This document shows positions 16,536-26,814 of a stretch of DNA of 64,000 bases, in pieces (position 1 is the stretch's first letter; each line of letters starts with the position of its first letter). The position numbers and the translations under genes were made by a program. The notes beneath the pieces were generated by a model. That model made no database searches, was not told the origin of the DNA, and saw only the letters and a program-made list of their open reading frames with translations. Source of the stretch: Blastocatellia bacterium (GTDB lineage: Bacteria > Acidobacteriota > Blastocatellia > UBA7656); NCBI GenBank assembly GCA_963804815.1, contig CAWDRU010000001.1, positions 337,976-401,975 on the forward strand. Reading direction: 5' to 3'.

Positions 16536-18619
16536 TGGCAAACAACGATGATGAGGAGGAATTGCTTCGTTCCGTAGCTCTACAGAACGCCAGAAGCATT
16601 CTCCTCGCGCGCCGTCGCGACGAAGAGGCATTGCGCAAACAGTCGGACTGGCTGCGGGTCACGCTTGCAAGCATCGGCGACGCCGTTATCAGCACAGACG
16701 CTGAGGGCCGCGTGACCTTCATGAACGGCTTCGCTGAGTCCCTGACAGGCTGGACTCAGGCTGAGGCCATCGGGCGCGCCCTGCCCGACATATTTCACAT
16801 CATCAACGAAGAAACCCGCCAGCCGGTCGAAAATCCCGCCCTCCGCGCCTTGCGAGATGGAATCGTCGTGGGGCTGGCAAATCACACGCTGCTCATCGCA
16901 AAAGACGGCACGGAACGCCCCATCGACGACAGCGCCGCCCCGATACGCGACGAACTGGGCGTAGTCGGCGGCGTCGTGCTGGTGTTCCGGGACATCACCG
17001 GACGCAAGCAGGCCGAAGAAGCGAGGGCACATCTGGCGGCTATAGTGGAATCATCCGACGATGCAATCATCAGCAAGAATCTACAGGGAATCATAATGAG
17101 CTGGAACAAAGGCGCGGAAAAACTGTTCGGTTACACAGTGGCGGAAGCCGTCGGCCAGCCGGTCACCATGCTGATGCCTGCGTCGTACGTTGACGAAGAA
17201 CCGCTGATTCTCGAAAAGATCAGGCGCGGCGAAACAGTCGATCATTACGAAACCGTGCGGCGACGCAAAGACGGGACAACCCTTGATATTTCGCTCACCG
17301 TTTCGCCGATTCGGGACAAAGCCGGAAATATCATCGGGGCGTCGAAAATCGCCCGCGACATCACCGGGCAGAAGCATGGGGAAGCCGAGCGCGAGCGGTT
17401 GCTGGCGCAGGAACAACAGGCGCGCGAAATCGCGGAAGCCGCTTCGCGCGCCAAAGATGAATTTCTGGCAACCGTCTCGCACGAGTTGAGAACGCCGCTC
17501 AATGCAATGCTTGGGTGGGCCAGGCTTCTTTCCAGCGGTAGACTCGACAGCGAGACGGCGGCGCGCGGGCTGAAATCCATTGAGCAAAGCGCAAAGGCTC
17601 AGGCGCAGCTTATCGAAGACCTGCTCGATGTATCGCGCATCATCTCCGGAAAGTTCCGTCTCAAGGCGCAGCCCCTCGAAGTTGCTCCGGTTATTGAAGC
17701 GGCAATCGATTCTGTACGCCCGACAGCTGAGGCCAGAGGGGTAAGATTGCAGGTTATTCTCGATCCCGACGCGGGGCCGGTTTCAGGCGATGCGGGCAGG
17801 CTTCAGCAAGTCGTCTGGAACTTGCTTTCCAACGCCGTAAAATTCACCCCGAAAGGCGGGCGGGTGCAGGTACGACTCACGCGCATTAACTCGCACATAG
17901 AGCTTGAGGTGAGCGACACGGGGCAAGGTATAGCTCGCGAGTTTTTGCCTTACGTCTTTGACCGCTTTCGACAGGCGGATGGCTCCACATCACGATTACA
18001 CGGCGGCCTGGGGCTGGGACTCGCCATCGTGCGTCACATCGTTGAGCTTCACGGCGGCGGCGTCACCGTTGACAGTCCGGGGAAAGATCAGGGCGCAACG
18101 TTTACCATCAAGCTTCCCTTGATGGTGACGCACACGAAAGCGAAAGGCGTAGAGCGCATTCACCCCAGAGTAGACGGCGAAGTGGCGACGTTACACTTTC
18201 AACCCTCCATTACACTTGAGGGAGTGAAAGTGCTGATCGTTGACGACGAGCCGGAATCGCTTCTGCTCTTAAGCACAGTGCTTACACAAAGCGGCGCATA
18301 CATCAAAACCGCTACCACGGCAGAGGAAGGATTTGCACGGATTAAGGAGTGGCGACCGGATGTGATTGTGTCGGACATCGGACTGCCGGGAGAAGACGGC
18401 TACTCGTTTATGACGCGGGTGAAGGCGTGGATGCGGGAATCAGGCACATGGATTCCGGCAGTGGCACTGACCGCATACGCGCGGGCTGAGGACAGGATGA
18501 AGGCTCTCGCTTCGGGCTACCAGATACACGTGCCCAAACCGGTTGAGCCTGCGGAGATAATCACCGTACTTGTGAGTTTGATCGATAGACCTGCTACGCC
18601 ATGGAAGACTGGCCTTTAG
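16535..18619 (+). CDS. Cytoplasmic hybrid histidine kinase (PAS-PAS-HisKA-HATPase-REC)
   Basis: SHELRTPLN, NAVKF, DTGQGI, GGLGLGL and a REC domain (VDDE..SDIG..KP). No TM segment. The start overlaps the upstream stop (TAATG). Confidence 0.95.
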   Translation: MANNDDEEELLRSVALQNARSILLARRRDEEALRKQSDWLRVTLASIGDAVISTDAEGRVTFMNGFAESLTGWTQAEAIGRALPDIFHIINEETRQPVENPALRALRDGIVVGLANHTLLIAKDGTERPIDDSAAPIRDELGVVGGVVLVFRDITGRKQAEEARAHLAAIVESSDDAIISKNLQGIIMSWNKGAEKLFGYTVAEAVGQPVTMLMPASYVDEEPLILEKIRRGETVDHYETVRRRKDGTTLDISLTVSPIRDKAGNIIGASKIARDITGQKHGEAERERLLAQEQQAREIAEAASRAKDEFLATVSHELRTPLNAMLGWARLLSSGRLDSETAARGLKSIEQSAKAQAQLIEDLLDVSRIISGKFRLKAQPLEVAPVIEAAIDSVRPTAEARGVRLQVILDPDAGPVSGDAGRLQQVVWNLLSNAVKFTPKGGRVQVRLTRINSHIELEVSDTGQGIAREFLPYVFDRFRQADGSTSRLHGGLGLGLAIVRHIVELHGGGVTVDSPGKDQGATFTIKLPLMVTHTKAKGVERIHPRVDGEVATLHFQPSITLEGVKVLIVDDEPESLLLLSTVLTQSGAYIKTATTAEEGFARIKEWRPDVIVSDIGLPGEDGYSFMTRVKAWMRESGTWIPAVALTAYARAEDRMKALASGYQIHVPKPVEPAEIITVLVSLIDRPATPWKTGL

Positions 18620-18701
18620 TCGGCTGACCATCATCGTTTTTTGTCTTCACAAGTCTCTTCTCCTGCGTAGGCCAATAAGCCCTGAACTGCTGCCGTCAAT
18701 T

Positions 18702-21266
18702 CTATGGTTGTTCCGCGTTTAAAACCTCGCGCACCTTTCTGCATATTTCGCCCGGCGAGAAGGGCTTCTGAAGGAACACAACGCCTGAGTCCAATACCCC
18801 ATGATGGACAATCGCATTATCGGTATAACCCGACATATACAGCACCTTCATCCCTGGCCGCTGTTGCGACATCTTTTCAGCCAGTTCGCGCCCGCTCATC
18901 CTCGGCATAATTACGTCTGTCACCATTAGCTCGATCATAGCGTTATACTCCATCGATTTTTCGAGCGCCTCGGCTCCGTCCGCAGCTTCCAGCACGATGT
19001 AGCCGCTCGTCTCCAACGCCATGCGTGCGAGATTGCGAACCTGCTCGTCATCCTCAACCAGCAGTAGCGTCTCGGTTCCGCTTTGTGACTGCATGGAATG
19101 GGCTGATGATTCAAATGAATCGATCTCTTCAATAACCCTTGGGAAATAAATCTTGAACGTTGTTCCCTGCCCCGGCTCGCTATAGATCCAGATATGGCCG
19201 CCGCTTTGCTTGACTATTCCGTATACTGTAGCCAGTCCAAGCCCCGTGCCTTTGCCGTCTTCTTTTGTGGTGAAAAAAGGCTCGAAGATATGCGACATAG
19301 TTTCGGAATCCATACCGCAGCCCGTGTCGCTTACCGCCATCATCACGTACTTGCCGGGAGAGACTTCTGCATGATGGCGCGCGTATTCTTCGTCCAGCCA
19401 TACGTTGCTGGTTTCAATAGTCAACTGTCCGCCCCGTGGCATGGCATCGCGCGAATTGACGGCCAGATTCACAAGCACCTGCTCTATCCGTCCGGGGTCG
19501 GCTTTCACCTGACCGAGTTTCGATCTGGTCAGGCTGACCAGCTCGATGTCTTCTCCGATCAGGCGCTTGAGCATTCTGTTTAAGTCCGTGACTATCTCGT
19601 TCAGGTCGATAAGCTTTGGCTGCATCACCTGCTTGCGGCTGAAAGAGAGCAACTGGCTTGTCAGCGTAGCCGCCCGCTTCCCGGCTTTTCTTATCTCCTG
19701 TACGTTGGCGCGCAGCTTTTCATTTCCTTTAATATCCTGAAGCAGGAGATCGCTATAGCCTATGATTGCCGTCAACAGGTTGTTGAAGTCATGCGCCACG
19801 CCGCCCGCGAGACGGCCCACGGCTTCCATCTTCTGCGCTTGTAATAGTTGTTCCTCCAGCAGTTTGCGCTCGCTGACATCGTTCATCACGGTCAGCACAC
19901 ATTTCTCGCCTCCGATTTCGATCAGCTCTGCCCAAAGCAGAAAAGTATGTAGCTCGCCCGACTTCAACCGCAGGCGACATTCGACCTCGCGAATTGAAGC
20001 GTGCTCGTCGTCAATGCGAGGCACGCGTTCGCGCTCATCCATCGTCGGCCAGATGCCCAACTCCAGGCCAGTGCGGCCCAGCACCTCATCGCGGCTGTAT
20101 CCGGTTACGCGCAGAAAGCTGTCGTTTACGTCGATGAAGCGCCGGTCTGAAAAGCGGCTTATGCTCTTGGCGAGAGGAGTCGCGCTGAAAGCCTTTGAGA
20201 ATCGCGCTTCGGAAGAGCGTAACGCATCTTCATTCCTCCTGCGCTCGGTGACATCGCGGAAGACCATAACCACACCGACAATGGCTCCTTCTTTGTCTTT
20301 GATCGGAGCGCCGCTGTCATCAATAGGCGTCTGCCGCCCGTCGGCGGATATCAATACGGTGTGATTAGCCAGCCCGACCACGGTTCCTTGTTTCAGCACT
20401 TTCGCCGCCGGATTTTCAACCCGTTCCTGCGTGCTCTCATTGACGATTTGAAACACTTCTTCCAGAGGCTTCCGAAGAGCCTTTTCCCGACTGTATCCGG
20501 TCAGAGATTCGGCGACAGGATTGATGAACGTGACGCATCCCTCTTTATCCGTTGCTATGACGGCGTCGCCGATGCTGGAAAGTGTGACCTGAAGCATCTC
20601 GCGCTGCTCGCGTATAATCGCTTCGGACTTTTGTTGCCGGGCGAGTTCGCGCATAGTGTTTGCCGTCACAACGATCAGCAGTGTGACGGCAAGCAGACTG
20701 GCCACCACAAAGGTGAGAGTAGAAGGGCGCAGGCTCCTGCTCGATTGCTCGTACCGCTGATTCAACAGGCTGCGTTCTTCATCCTTAAGTGCGCCAACGA
20801 CCTCTCGTATGTCACCCATCGCCTGCTTGCCGCGATCAGATAAGACTACCTGCATCGCGGCTTCAGCCCCCTGAGTTTTCCTTAGAGCGATGGTTTCGTT
20901 AAGCTCGCTCAGTTTGTAGGCGACTTTACTCTCAAGAATCCTGATTAGGGGTTGCTGACTTTGATTATCTTCGGTCAGCTCTCTGAGTCGCTTAAGGTGT
21001 TCGTTAATTTCGGATAATGAAGCATTGAACGGCTCAAGATAGGTTTCCCTTCCCGTCAGCAGGTAGCCACGCTGACCAGTCTCGGCATCCTTGATCGAAG
21101 AGAGGGTGGCTTCCAGTTGGGCAATTACTTCGTGGGTATGTGCCACCAGTTCCTCGTTCTTAACGAGCGTGCGCGCGGCACTGATGGAGATGAAAGCATT
21201 GACGGCAAGGACTAATAACACCAATCCGGCACGGATGGCGATTCGCCTATCAAGGGACCACTTCAT
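18702..21266 (-). CDS. CHASE3-PAS-PAS hybrid histidine kinase (CckA-like)
   Basis: DAETGQRGYLLTG (CHASE3) between two TM segments, AHDFNNLL, GKGTGLGL and a C-terminal REC domain. Confidence 0.95.
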   Translation of the reverse strand: MKWSLDRRIAIRAGLVLLVLAVNAFISISAARTLVKNEELVAHTHEVIAQLEATLSSIKDAETGQRGYLLTGRETYLEPFNASLSEINEHLKRLRELTEDNQSQQPLIRILESKVAYKLSELNETIALRKTQGAEAAMQVVLSDRGKQAMGDIREVVGALKDEERSLLNQRYEQSSRSLRPSTLTFVVASLLAVTLLIVVTANTMRELARQQKSEAIIREQREMLQVTLSSIGDAVIATDKEGCVTFINPVAESLTGYSREKALRKPLEEVFQIVNESTQERVENPAAKVLKQGTVVGLANHTVLISADGRQTPIDDSGAPIKDKEGAIVGVVMVFRDVTERRRNEDALRSSEARFSKAFSATPLAKSISRFSDRRFIDVNDSFLRVTGYSRDEVLGRTGLELGIWPTMDERERVPRIDDEHASIREVECRLRLKSGELHTFLLWAELIEIGGEKCVLTVMNDVSERKLLEEQLLQAQKMEAVGRLAGGVAHDFNNLLTAIIGYSDLLLQDIKGNEKLRANVQEIRKAGKRAATLTSQLLSFSRKQVMQPKLIDLNEIVTDLNRMLKRLIGEDIELVSLTRSKLGQVKADPGRIEQVLVNLAVNSRDAMPRGGQLTIETSNVWLDEEYARHHAEVSPGKYVMMAVSDTGCGMDSETMSHIFEPFFTTKEDGKGTGLGLATVYGIVKQSGGHIWIYSEPGQGTTFKIYFPRVIEEIDSFESSAHSMQSQSGTETLLLVEDDEQVRNLARMALETSGYIVLEAADGAEALEKSMEYNAMIELMVTDVIMPRMSGRELAEKMSQQRPGMKVLYMSGYTDNAIVHHGVLDSGVVFLQKPFSPGEICRKVREVLNAEQP

Positions 21267-21629
21267 GGCGCACGACTCCTGTATTTTAAAAGAGGAACAT
21301 TTACATTGAAGTACGCTCTGCTATTTATCCAGTTATATGTATACAATGTCAAACCGCTTATGCAATTTATAAGGCTCTGTCGCCCTTGCTGTGGTATGTG
21401 AAGAAAATAACGTAAGAAACGAATATTAACCCGTCCAGAACAGATGCGGCGGGTTATCATCAATCGAAATGATGACAACCCGCCGCATTCATCTTTATTA
21501 AAAAAGTAAGCAGGCCCGGAAAGTGACCCGTTTCGTTTTCCCACACGAGCCACTTCCGAACCTGCGGGGGCAGAGTGGGCGCGTTCTGATCGAATAAATT
21601 CAATCGAAGCGCCTCCCTGTCCAGTCAAT

Positions 21630-24185
21630 TCAGTTTCCGGCTACGAAATGCTGCCGGTAATGATCGAGCGCATAAGCAAGCCACGCCCGCGTAAACGGAT
21701 CACTTGGCTTTACTCGCGCTTTCAAGGTCGGGAACAGATCGAACGGCCCCTGCTCCATCGTGAAATATGCTTGAAGAATTCCTCTATCGAGCGCCAGTTG
21801 CACATAGCCGCGCAGCGCCGCCGGTATGCTTGCGTTGTCCGTAAGCATAAGCGTCTGCCCGTTGCTTGTGACCGTCACCGCCGAACCCGCTTTCGCTTTC
21901 GCTTCGCTGTCTAAACCGAGCGCGCGAACGAGCGCAACCGCAAGATCGAGCCTGCTCGTGTTACCCGATGGATTGAACGAAGAGCCGTTCGCGCTCATCA
22001 TCCCTGACGGGGCGAAGTTGAAATCTCTGAGCGTCGAACCGTTGGCAGTGGCGGCTTCTGCCATCGCTGCCGTGTTGGTAGTGGGGGCTTCTCCAATCGC
22101 TGCCGCCTGGTCTGGTATGTCGGTGAACTTCGGCGTAGCGCCGAGCGATTGCCGCATCGCAGTATTGAGATAAAGGTGCAGGACAAAGTCTTCGCGCGTA
22201 ACATTGGCATCGGGGCGGAACGTGCCATCCGTGAACGTATCCATCATCCTGTTCTTGAGCACCGATTCGATCTGCGCCTGCGCCGCGTGTCTTTGAATAT
22301 CAGCAATCGGCGCAAGCGTGAACTGCTGCTGCGTGATCGTTATGTCCACAGGGCCCGGAAGCGCGAGTCCTGATGTAGGGAGGCTGGCGTTGGGAGCAGT
22401 CGCAAGGCCGCGCACGCCGCGCGCTTCGACTACCCAGTTGCCTGCCACGGGGTTCTTCACTACGACTTCGCGCGTATTTCCATCAAGAATCGGCAGCGCG
22501 ATGCCGCTCGAATAAGTCGCGCCCGTCGGGTCTGTAACCAGCAAGCCAATGGTATTCCCATCGCCCGTAGTGAGCGCGTTGTCGAAAGTCGCAAAGATGT
22601 CGAGCACGCTCATGCCTGCCTGCACTGTGAACGTGCGGGCGTTTGCAGAAGCGGGGCCGGGCAGCGCCAGGGGGCTGTAATCTAGGTGCTGCAATGTGGG
22701 AGCAGGCCCGCTTACGGTGAACGAAGCGTTGAAGTTATGGTTGAAGAGCGTGCCGTATGATTTTGTGCGATTGAATACTTTGTCAACGGCTGCATAAGCG
22801 TTGACATAGCCCACGCCGACTTCAAAATCTTCGCGGCCCGGCATCCGGCTCGCCGTGGCAACGAGTATGCTCTTCACCTCGTCGGGCGTGAGCGCGGCGT
22901 CCGCGTCGAGCATGAGCGCGACCGTGCCCGCGATGAAAGGCGTAGCCATCGAGGTGCCGCTGATCTGCGTGTAAAAAGGCAGGTAAGCGAGCGGCAGTTC
23001 CAGGTCATCGGTCAGACCGGTTGATACGACGTTGGTGATGGCGCGAACCGAGACTATCGCGGCAGAGAATTTGCCCGCGTTCGACTCGAATTCGCGGCCA
23101 GTGCCGGGCGCTGTGATGGTCGGCGCGTCAAAGTCGTCGTTCGGGTCATCGTTCATCAATCGCTCTGACTGGGGCAGCCCGCGCGAACTGAACTCCGCAA
23201 GCCCGCCTTCTTTCGTGCCTGCCGCAACGCCAATCACCCACGGCGCTTTCGCGTAAGGATTATAAGTGCCTTTGCCGGGGCCGGAATTGCCCGCCGCAAA
23301 GACCGAAACGATGTTATTGAGATAAGCCGTGCGTGTTGCTACGTTGATCGGATTGTCAGGCTCGAACGGCCCGCTTGAACCCCACGAGTTGGAGATGACG
23401 CGGATGTTATAACGAAACTGGTTCGCAAGCGACCACTCGAACCCGCCGAGCGCGTTGAGCACGAACAGCCCGTAACCTGAGCCGCAGCCGATCAGTTTCG
23501 CGCCGGGCGCAACGCCCGCGTAAAGCCCGCCGGATTTCTGGCCCGTGCCGCCGACTATGCCCGCGCAATGCGTGCCGTGCCCGACGTGCGTGTCTGTGTT
23601 GGGCACGTTTTCGACCGTAAGGAGCGAAGTGAACCCTGTAAGCGTTTCGGCGTCTGAAAGAAGCTGCACGTTTTGAATGACGTGACTGCCGAATTGAAGA
23701 TCGGCTCGCGTTGCGTCTATGCCGGAATCGTTTATCACAACGGAAAAATTGCCCGCGCCCGACACAGGCAGTCCGCCGTTTGCCGCGGTGAAATTGCTGT
23801 CCTGTCGCAATCGATCAACACCCGCAAGGACGCGCGCCTGATTCAGATAATAATGGAGGCGGTCATTCGACCATACGGAGCGCACCGCAGGATTTGCCGC
23901 AAGCGCCCTGACCTGCCCGGCGGTCGCAACTGTCGCCACCATGCCGAGATTGTTTAGAGTCAGCCCTTTTGTAATATTCAGATTGCCGAGCAACGCGAGG
24001 TGAGAATCGTTAAGCCCAGAATCGGTATTAAACGCTACGATAACCACGCCGACCGAAATATCGTTTGCCACGTTCGAGATCGCGGATTGTAGATTTGACG
24101 AAAGAGTAGCTGCCTTTGAAAAGCTGGCTCCAAACATCAGAGCCATCGCAAGGGCTATTATCTGAAATCCTGACTTGCGAATCAT
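21630..24185 (-). CDS. Secreted S8 subtilase with C-terminal SLH-like repeats
   Basis: Catalytic triad motifs NDSGID, GHGTHCAG and SGTSMATP; DGTFRPDANVTR, FNPSGNTSR and KPSDPFTRA SLH-like motifs; signal peptide. Confidence 0.9.
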   Translation of the reverse strand: MIRKSGFQIIALAMALMFGASFSKAATLSSNLQSAISNVANDISVGVVIVAFNTDSGLNDSHLALLGNLNITKGLTLNNLGMVATVATAGQVRALAANPAVRSVWSNDRLHYYLNQARVLAGVDRLRQDSNFTAANGGLPVSGAGNFSVVINDSGIDATRADLQFGSHVIQNVQLLSDAETLTGFTSLLTVENVPNTDTHVGHGTHCAGIVGGTGQKSGGLYAGVAPGAKLIGCGSGYGLFVLNALGGFEWSLANQFRYNIRVISNSWGSSGPFEPDNPINVATRTAYLNNIVSVFAAGNSGPGKGTYNPYAKAPWVIGVAAGTKEGGLAEFSSRGLPQSERLMNDDPNDDFDAPTITAPGTGREFESNAGKFSAAIVSVRAITNVVSTGLTDDLELPLAYLPFYTQISGTSMATPFIAGTVALMLDADAALTPDEVKSILVATASRMPGREDFEVGVGYVNAYAAVDKVFNRTKSYGTLFNHNFNASFTVSGPAPTLQHLDYSPLALPGPASANARTFTVQAGMSVLDIFATFDNALTTGDGNTIGLLVTDPTGATYSSGIALPILDGNTREVVVKNPVAGNWVVEARGVRGLATAPNASLPTSGLALPGPVDITITQQQFTLAPIADIQRHAAQAQIESVLKNRMMDTFTDGTFRPDANVTREDFVLHLYLNTAMRQSLGATPKFTDIPDQAAAIGEAPTTNTAAMAEAATANGSTLRDFNFAPSGMMSANGSSFNPSGNTSRLDLAVALVRALGLDSEAKAKAGSAVTVTSNGQTLMLTDNASIPAALRGYVQLALDRGILQAYFTMEQGPFDLFPTLKARVKPSDPFTRAWLAYALDHYRQHFVAGN

Positions 24186-24253
24186 TTCTTATGCGCCTCC
24201 AGATTTGATTGACTGGTGATGGCGTACACATCACTAGAGAGTTCGTCACTCAT

Positions 24254-25336
24254 TTATTGATCGACTGTCAGAAACTGGCCCACACGGTAAAAAGATGTCA
24301 CGTTGATTTTGGCAGCGCGGCGACCTGCTTCAAGCCAGCGCGTCAGGCGCTCGGCGCGCGCGCGCGCAAGCAACTGTTGTTCGATGGCAGAGCGAGTTTC
24401 ATTGAAGCTTTTCACGCGCGACGGGAGATGTTCTGCCACCTTGATGATATGAAATCCGTAATCGGTCTCGACTATCTGGCTGGTCTGGCCGGGTTTGAGA
24501 GCGAAAGCCGCTTCATCAAACTTCTTTGTGTGCGTGTTGCGAGTGAATAATCCGAGGTCGCCTCCGCTTGCGCGAGTGCCTGTGTCGTCGGAATATTCGC
24601 GCGCGAGCCGCGCAAAGTCCGCGCCTGCTCTTACGCGACTTAAAATCTCGGCGGCCCGCGCGCGGAGCTTTCTCAACTCGTCCGCACTGCCTGCGCGTCG
24701 CGTGTTGATTAGTATATGGCTTGCGCGCACGCGCTCTGGCTCTACAAAAAAGCTTTCGAGTTTCGGATTTTGTTTTTCTTTGTTATAAAAATTACGAATA
24801 TCGGTTTGAGGGACTGAAACATCTTTATCAAGTTCCTGCCTCAACATCGATCCGTAAATCTCTCCGGCAACGATCTGGCGAAACTCTTCGTCTGTAATAT
24901 TGCTTTCCTTAAGATAAGCGCTATAAATCTCTTCACCGCCCATCTGCGTGATGCGCGACTGGCGCTCGCTTTCGAGTTTCTCTTCCGTGAATGAAAGATT
25001 GCGATGGCGCGCTTCCGATTCGATCAAAGCGCGATCTATCAGTTCAGCGATGATGCCTTCTTTAAGCAGATTGATGCGGCGGCGGCCCTCATCCGTTTGA
25101 TCGCTGAGGCCGAGCGATTCGATGCCGTTCTTTAAGTACATGAGATAAAGCTTCGCGCTGATCTGGCGACCTTCGACGGTGGCTACAACGGATGGAGGTT
25201 CAGGGTTGGCAGTTTCGGGTCTGCTCGAATCTGTGAAGCTCTTTTGAATGACGATCAGGCAAAAACCGAGGCAGGCGATGATTGGTATCAGGATAATGAC
25301 TATTAAGGGACGGCTATGGGCACGCGCAGTTTTCAC
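24254..25336 (-). CDS. PpiC/parvulin peptidyl-prolyl isomerase (SurA/PrsA-like foldase)
   Basis: VRASHILI, FARLAREYSDD..GGDLG and ETDYGFHIIK motifs with an N-terminal membrane anchor. The start is re-assigned to GTG 25336 (uncertain). Confidence 0.9.
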   Translation of the reverse strand: MKTARAHSRPLIVIILIPIIACLGFCLIVIQKSFTDSSRPETANPEPPSVVATVEGRQISAKLYLMYLKNGIESLGLSDQTDEGRRRINLLKEGIIAELIDRALIESEARHRNLSFTEEKLESERQSRITQMGGEEIYSAYLKESNITDEEFRQIVAGEIYGSMLRQELDKDVSVPQTDIRNFYNKEKQNPKLESFFVEPERVRASHILINTRRAGSADELRKLRARAAEILSRVRAGADFARLAREYSDDTGTRASGGDLGLFTRNTHTKKFDEAAFALKPGQTSQIVETDYGFHIIKVAEHLPSRVKSFNETRSAIEQQLLARARAERLTRWLEAGRRAAKINVTSFYRVGQFLTVDQ

Positions 25337-25610
25337 TTTTCCTACCCCGCTTTGATCTCGTTCAACCTGTCCACGTTGGAGAAGGTAAATCTTTATGGTT
25401 GAAAATTCTTGATGGTCGTTTTGGAGGTCTTGAAAAAAATCTTGAAAAAAACTTGAAGGGCCTGAGCAAGGCAGGTTCATAAAATCGATTCAGAGCTATG
25501 TACTAAAAACGCTCGCTTAAGGGTTCAATAAAAGATGATTATTTGCTATCGTGAGCAGTAATCACGGTTAAGCCGTTGAAAACATTACCGTCCGTTTCAA
25601 CAGCACTGGC

Positions 25611-25625
25611 TGGCATCAGCTTTGC
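25611..25625 (+). promoter_or_regulatory. Sigma-54 promoter
   Basis: TGGCATCAGCTTTGC (GG-N10-GC), 28 nt before the next ATG. Confidence 0.65.
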
Positions 25626-25653
25626 TTTTTGGAGCGGAGAAAGAGAGCGAAGT

Positions 25654-25941
25654 ATGGATTTGGTATCACTGTTGATCCTTTTGCTGGTTGCGGGAATTTG
25701 TGGATCAATCGGACAGGCCATTGCCGGATATAGTCGCGGCGGTTGTCTGGTTGCAATAGCGCTCGGATTCATCGGCGCGCTATTGGGCACGCTGTTGGCG
25801 CATAAGCTGGGATTGCCGGATTTGCTGGTGTTAGACTCAGTGCGTATAAACGGCAGGGGTTTCCCCATAATCTGGTCAATCATCGGCTCTGCTCTCTTCG
25901 TGGCGATAATCAGCCTCATCACTCGCCGCAGATACTATTAA
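25654..25941 (+). CDS. GlsB/YeaQ/YmgE (transglycosylase-associated) small membrane protein
   Basis: Three Gly-rich hydrophobic segments, GFIGALLG and WSIIGS; start at MDLVSLL. Confidence 0.8.
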   Translation: MDLVSLLILLLVAGICGSIGQAIAGYSRGGCLVAIALGFIGALLGTLLAHKLGLPDLLVLDSVRINGRGFPIIWSIIGSALFVAIISLITRRRYY

Positions 25942-25953
25942 TGGAGATAACTG

Positions 25954-26472
25954 ATGCTCGAAGACGAGAAATTGACTATAGACGAATCACGCAAGATAGC
26001 TCAGCACGAAGCGACCAAAGGCGCTGTGCGCAACGAAGTCCACGAAGAGATTGCGCGCAAGGCCAATCACCTGGACGCAACCGAACGCGCACAGACCGAT
26101 CAGGTAGCCGAACAGTTCAAGCATAAAGCGGTTCGAGAAGTTGTCGATACCGAATCCGAGATCGACCGCGCGCGCGGTGCGGCGCGCGTCTCGCAGGTCA
26201 TAGACTACATTTTCTATTTCATCTATGGGTTGATCGGGCTGATGATAGTGCTCGATCTGGTCGGCGCAAACCGCAGCAACTCATTTTATCGCTTTATGAG
26301 CGCCGTCACCTCGCCGCTGCTTGCGCCGTTTCGCGGGCTGGTTGACGACCCCACAAATCAGCAGATGAGATTTCGCCTCTCTTACATTGTCGCGATCATT
26401 GTCTACCTGCTATTGCATCTGGCAATCAACGGCCTGCTCCGACTTGTCGCTCACAGAAGAACGACCGTTTGA
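25954..26472 (+). CDS. YggT-family membrane protein with charged N-terminal extension
   Basis: VTSPLLAPFRGL motif between TM segments; GGAG RBS. Confidence 0.75.
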   Translation: MLEDEKLTIDESRKIAQHEATKGAVRNEVHEEIARKANHLDATERAQTDQVAEQFKHKAVREVVDTESEIDRARGAARVSQVIDYIFYFIYGLIGLMIVLDLVGANRSNSFYRFMSAVTSPLLAPFRGLVDDPTNQQMRFRLSYIVAIIVYLLLHLAINGLLRLVAHRRTTV

Positions 26473-26638
26473 GCGTGAGGCTCGCGCAAAGCCGCCAACA
26501 GGCAAAACCTGTAAAGTAAAACTTTAATCTTTGCCCTTAGCGGCGTTGCGCGAACCTCTTTGCGCAACGATTCGACTCCGCCGATCTATTTTCGATTTCG
26601 GCAAATATCAATCCCACAAGCGAACACAAGCCGATTTT

Positions 26639-26809
26639 GGATTTTGGATTTCAGGTTTCGGATTGGCCCATACGAGCTTTCTTTCTGCGCCAGTAATCTA
26701 CTGTTGCCACCTGAGTAAACTCCCTGTCAAATCAGAACTTAATCTCTTCCGACAACCGTCTTAAACCGGTTCCGATAATCCAAAATCCGAAACCTGAAAT
26801 CTAAAATCC
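26639..26809. repeat. 26-bp inverted repeat built from heptamer units (MITE/STRR-like)
   Basis: ggattttggatttcaggtttcggatt (26639-26664) pairs with aatccgaaacctgaaatctaaaatcc (26784-26809), 1 mismatch. Confidence 0.75.
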
Positions 26810-26814
26810 TCCGA

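Noticed and set aside
21263-21628. 121-aa ORF bridging the S8 and CHASE3 genes
   Set aside because: Low-information composition and a non-ATG start; it overlaps the AT-rich probable promoter region of the kinase.
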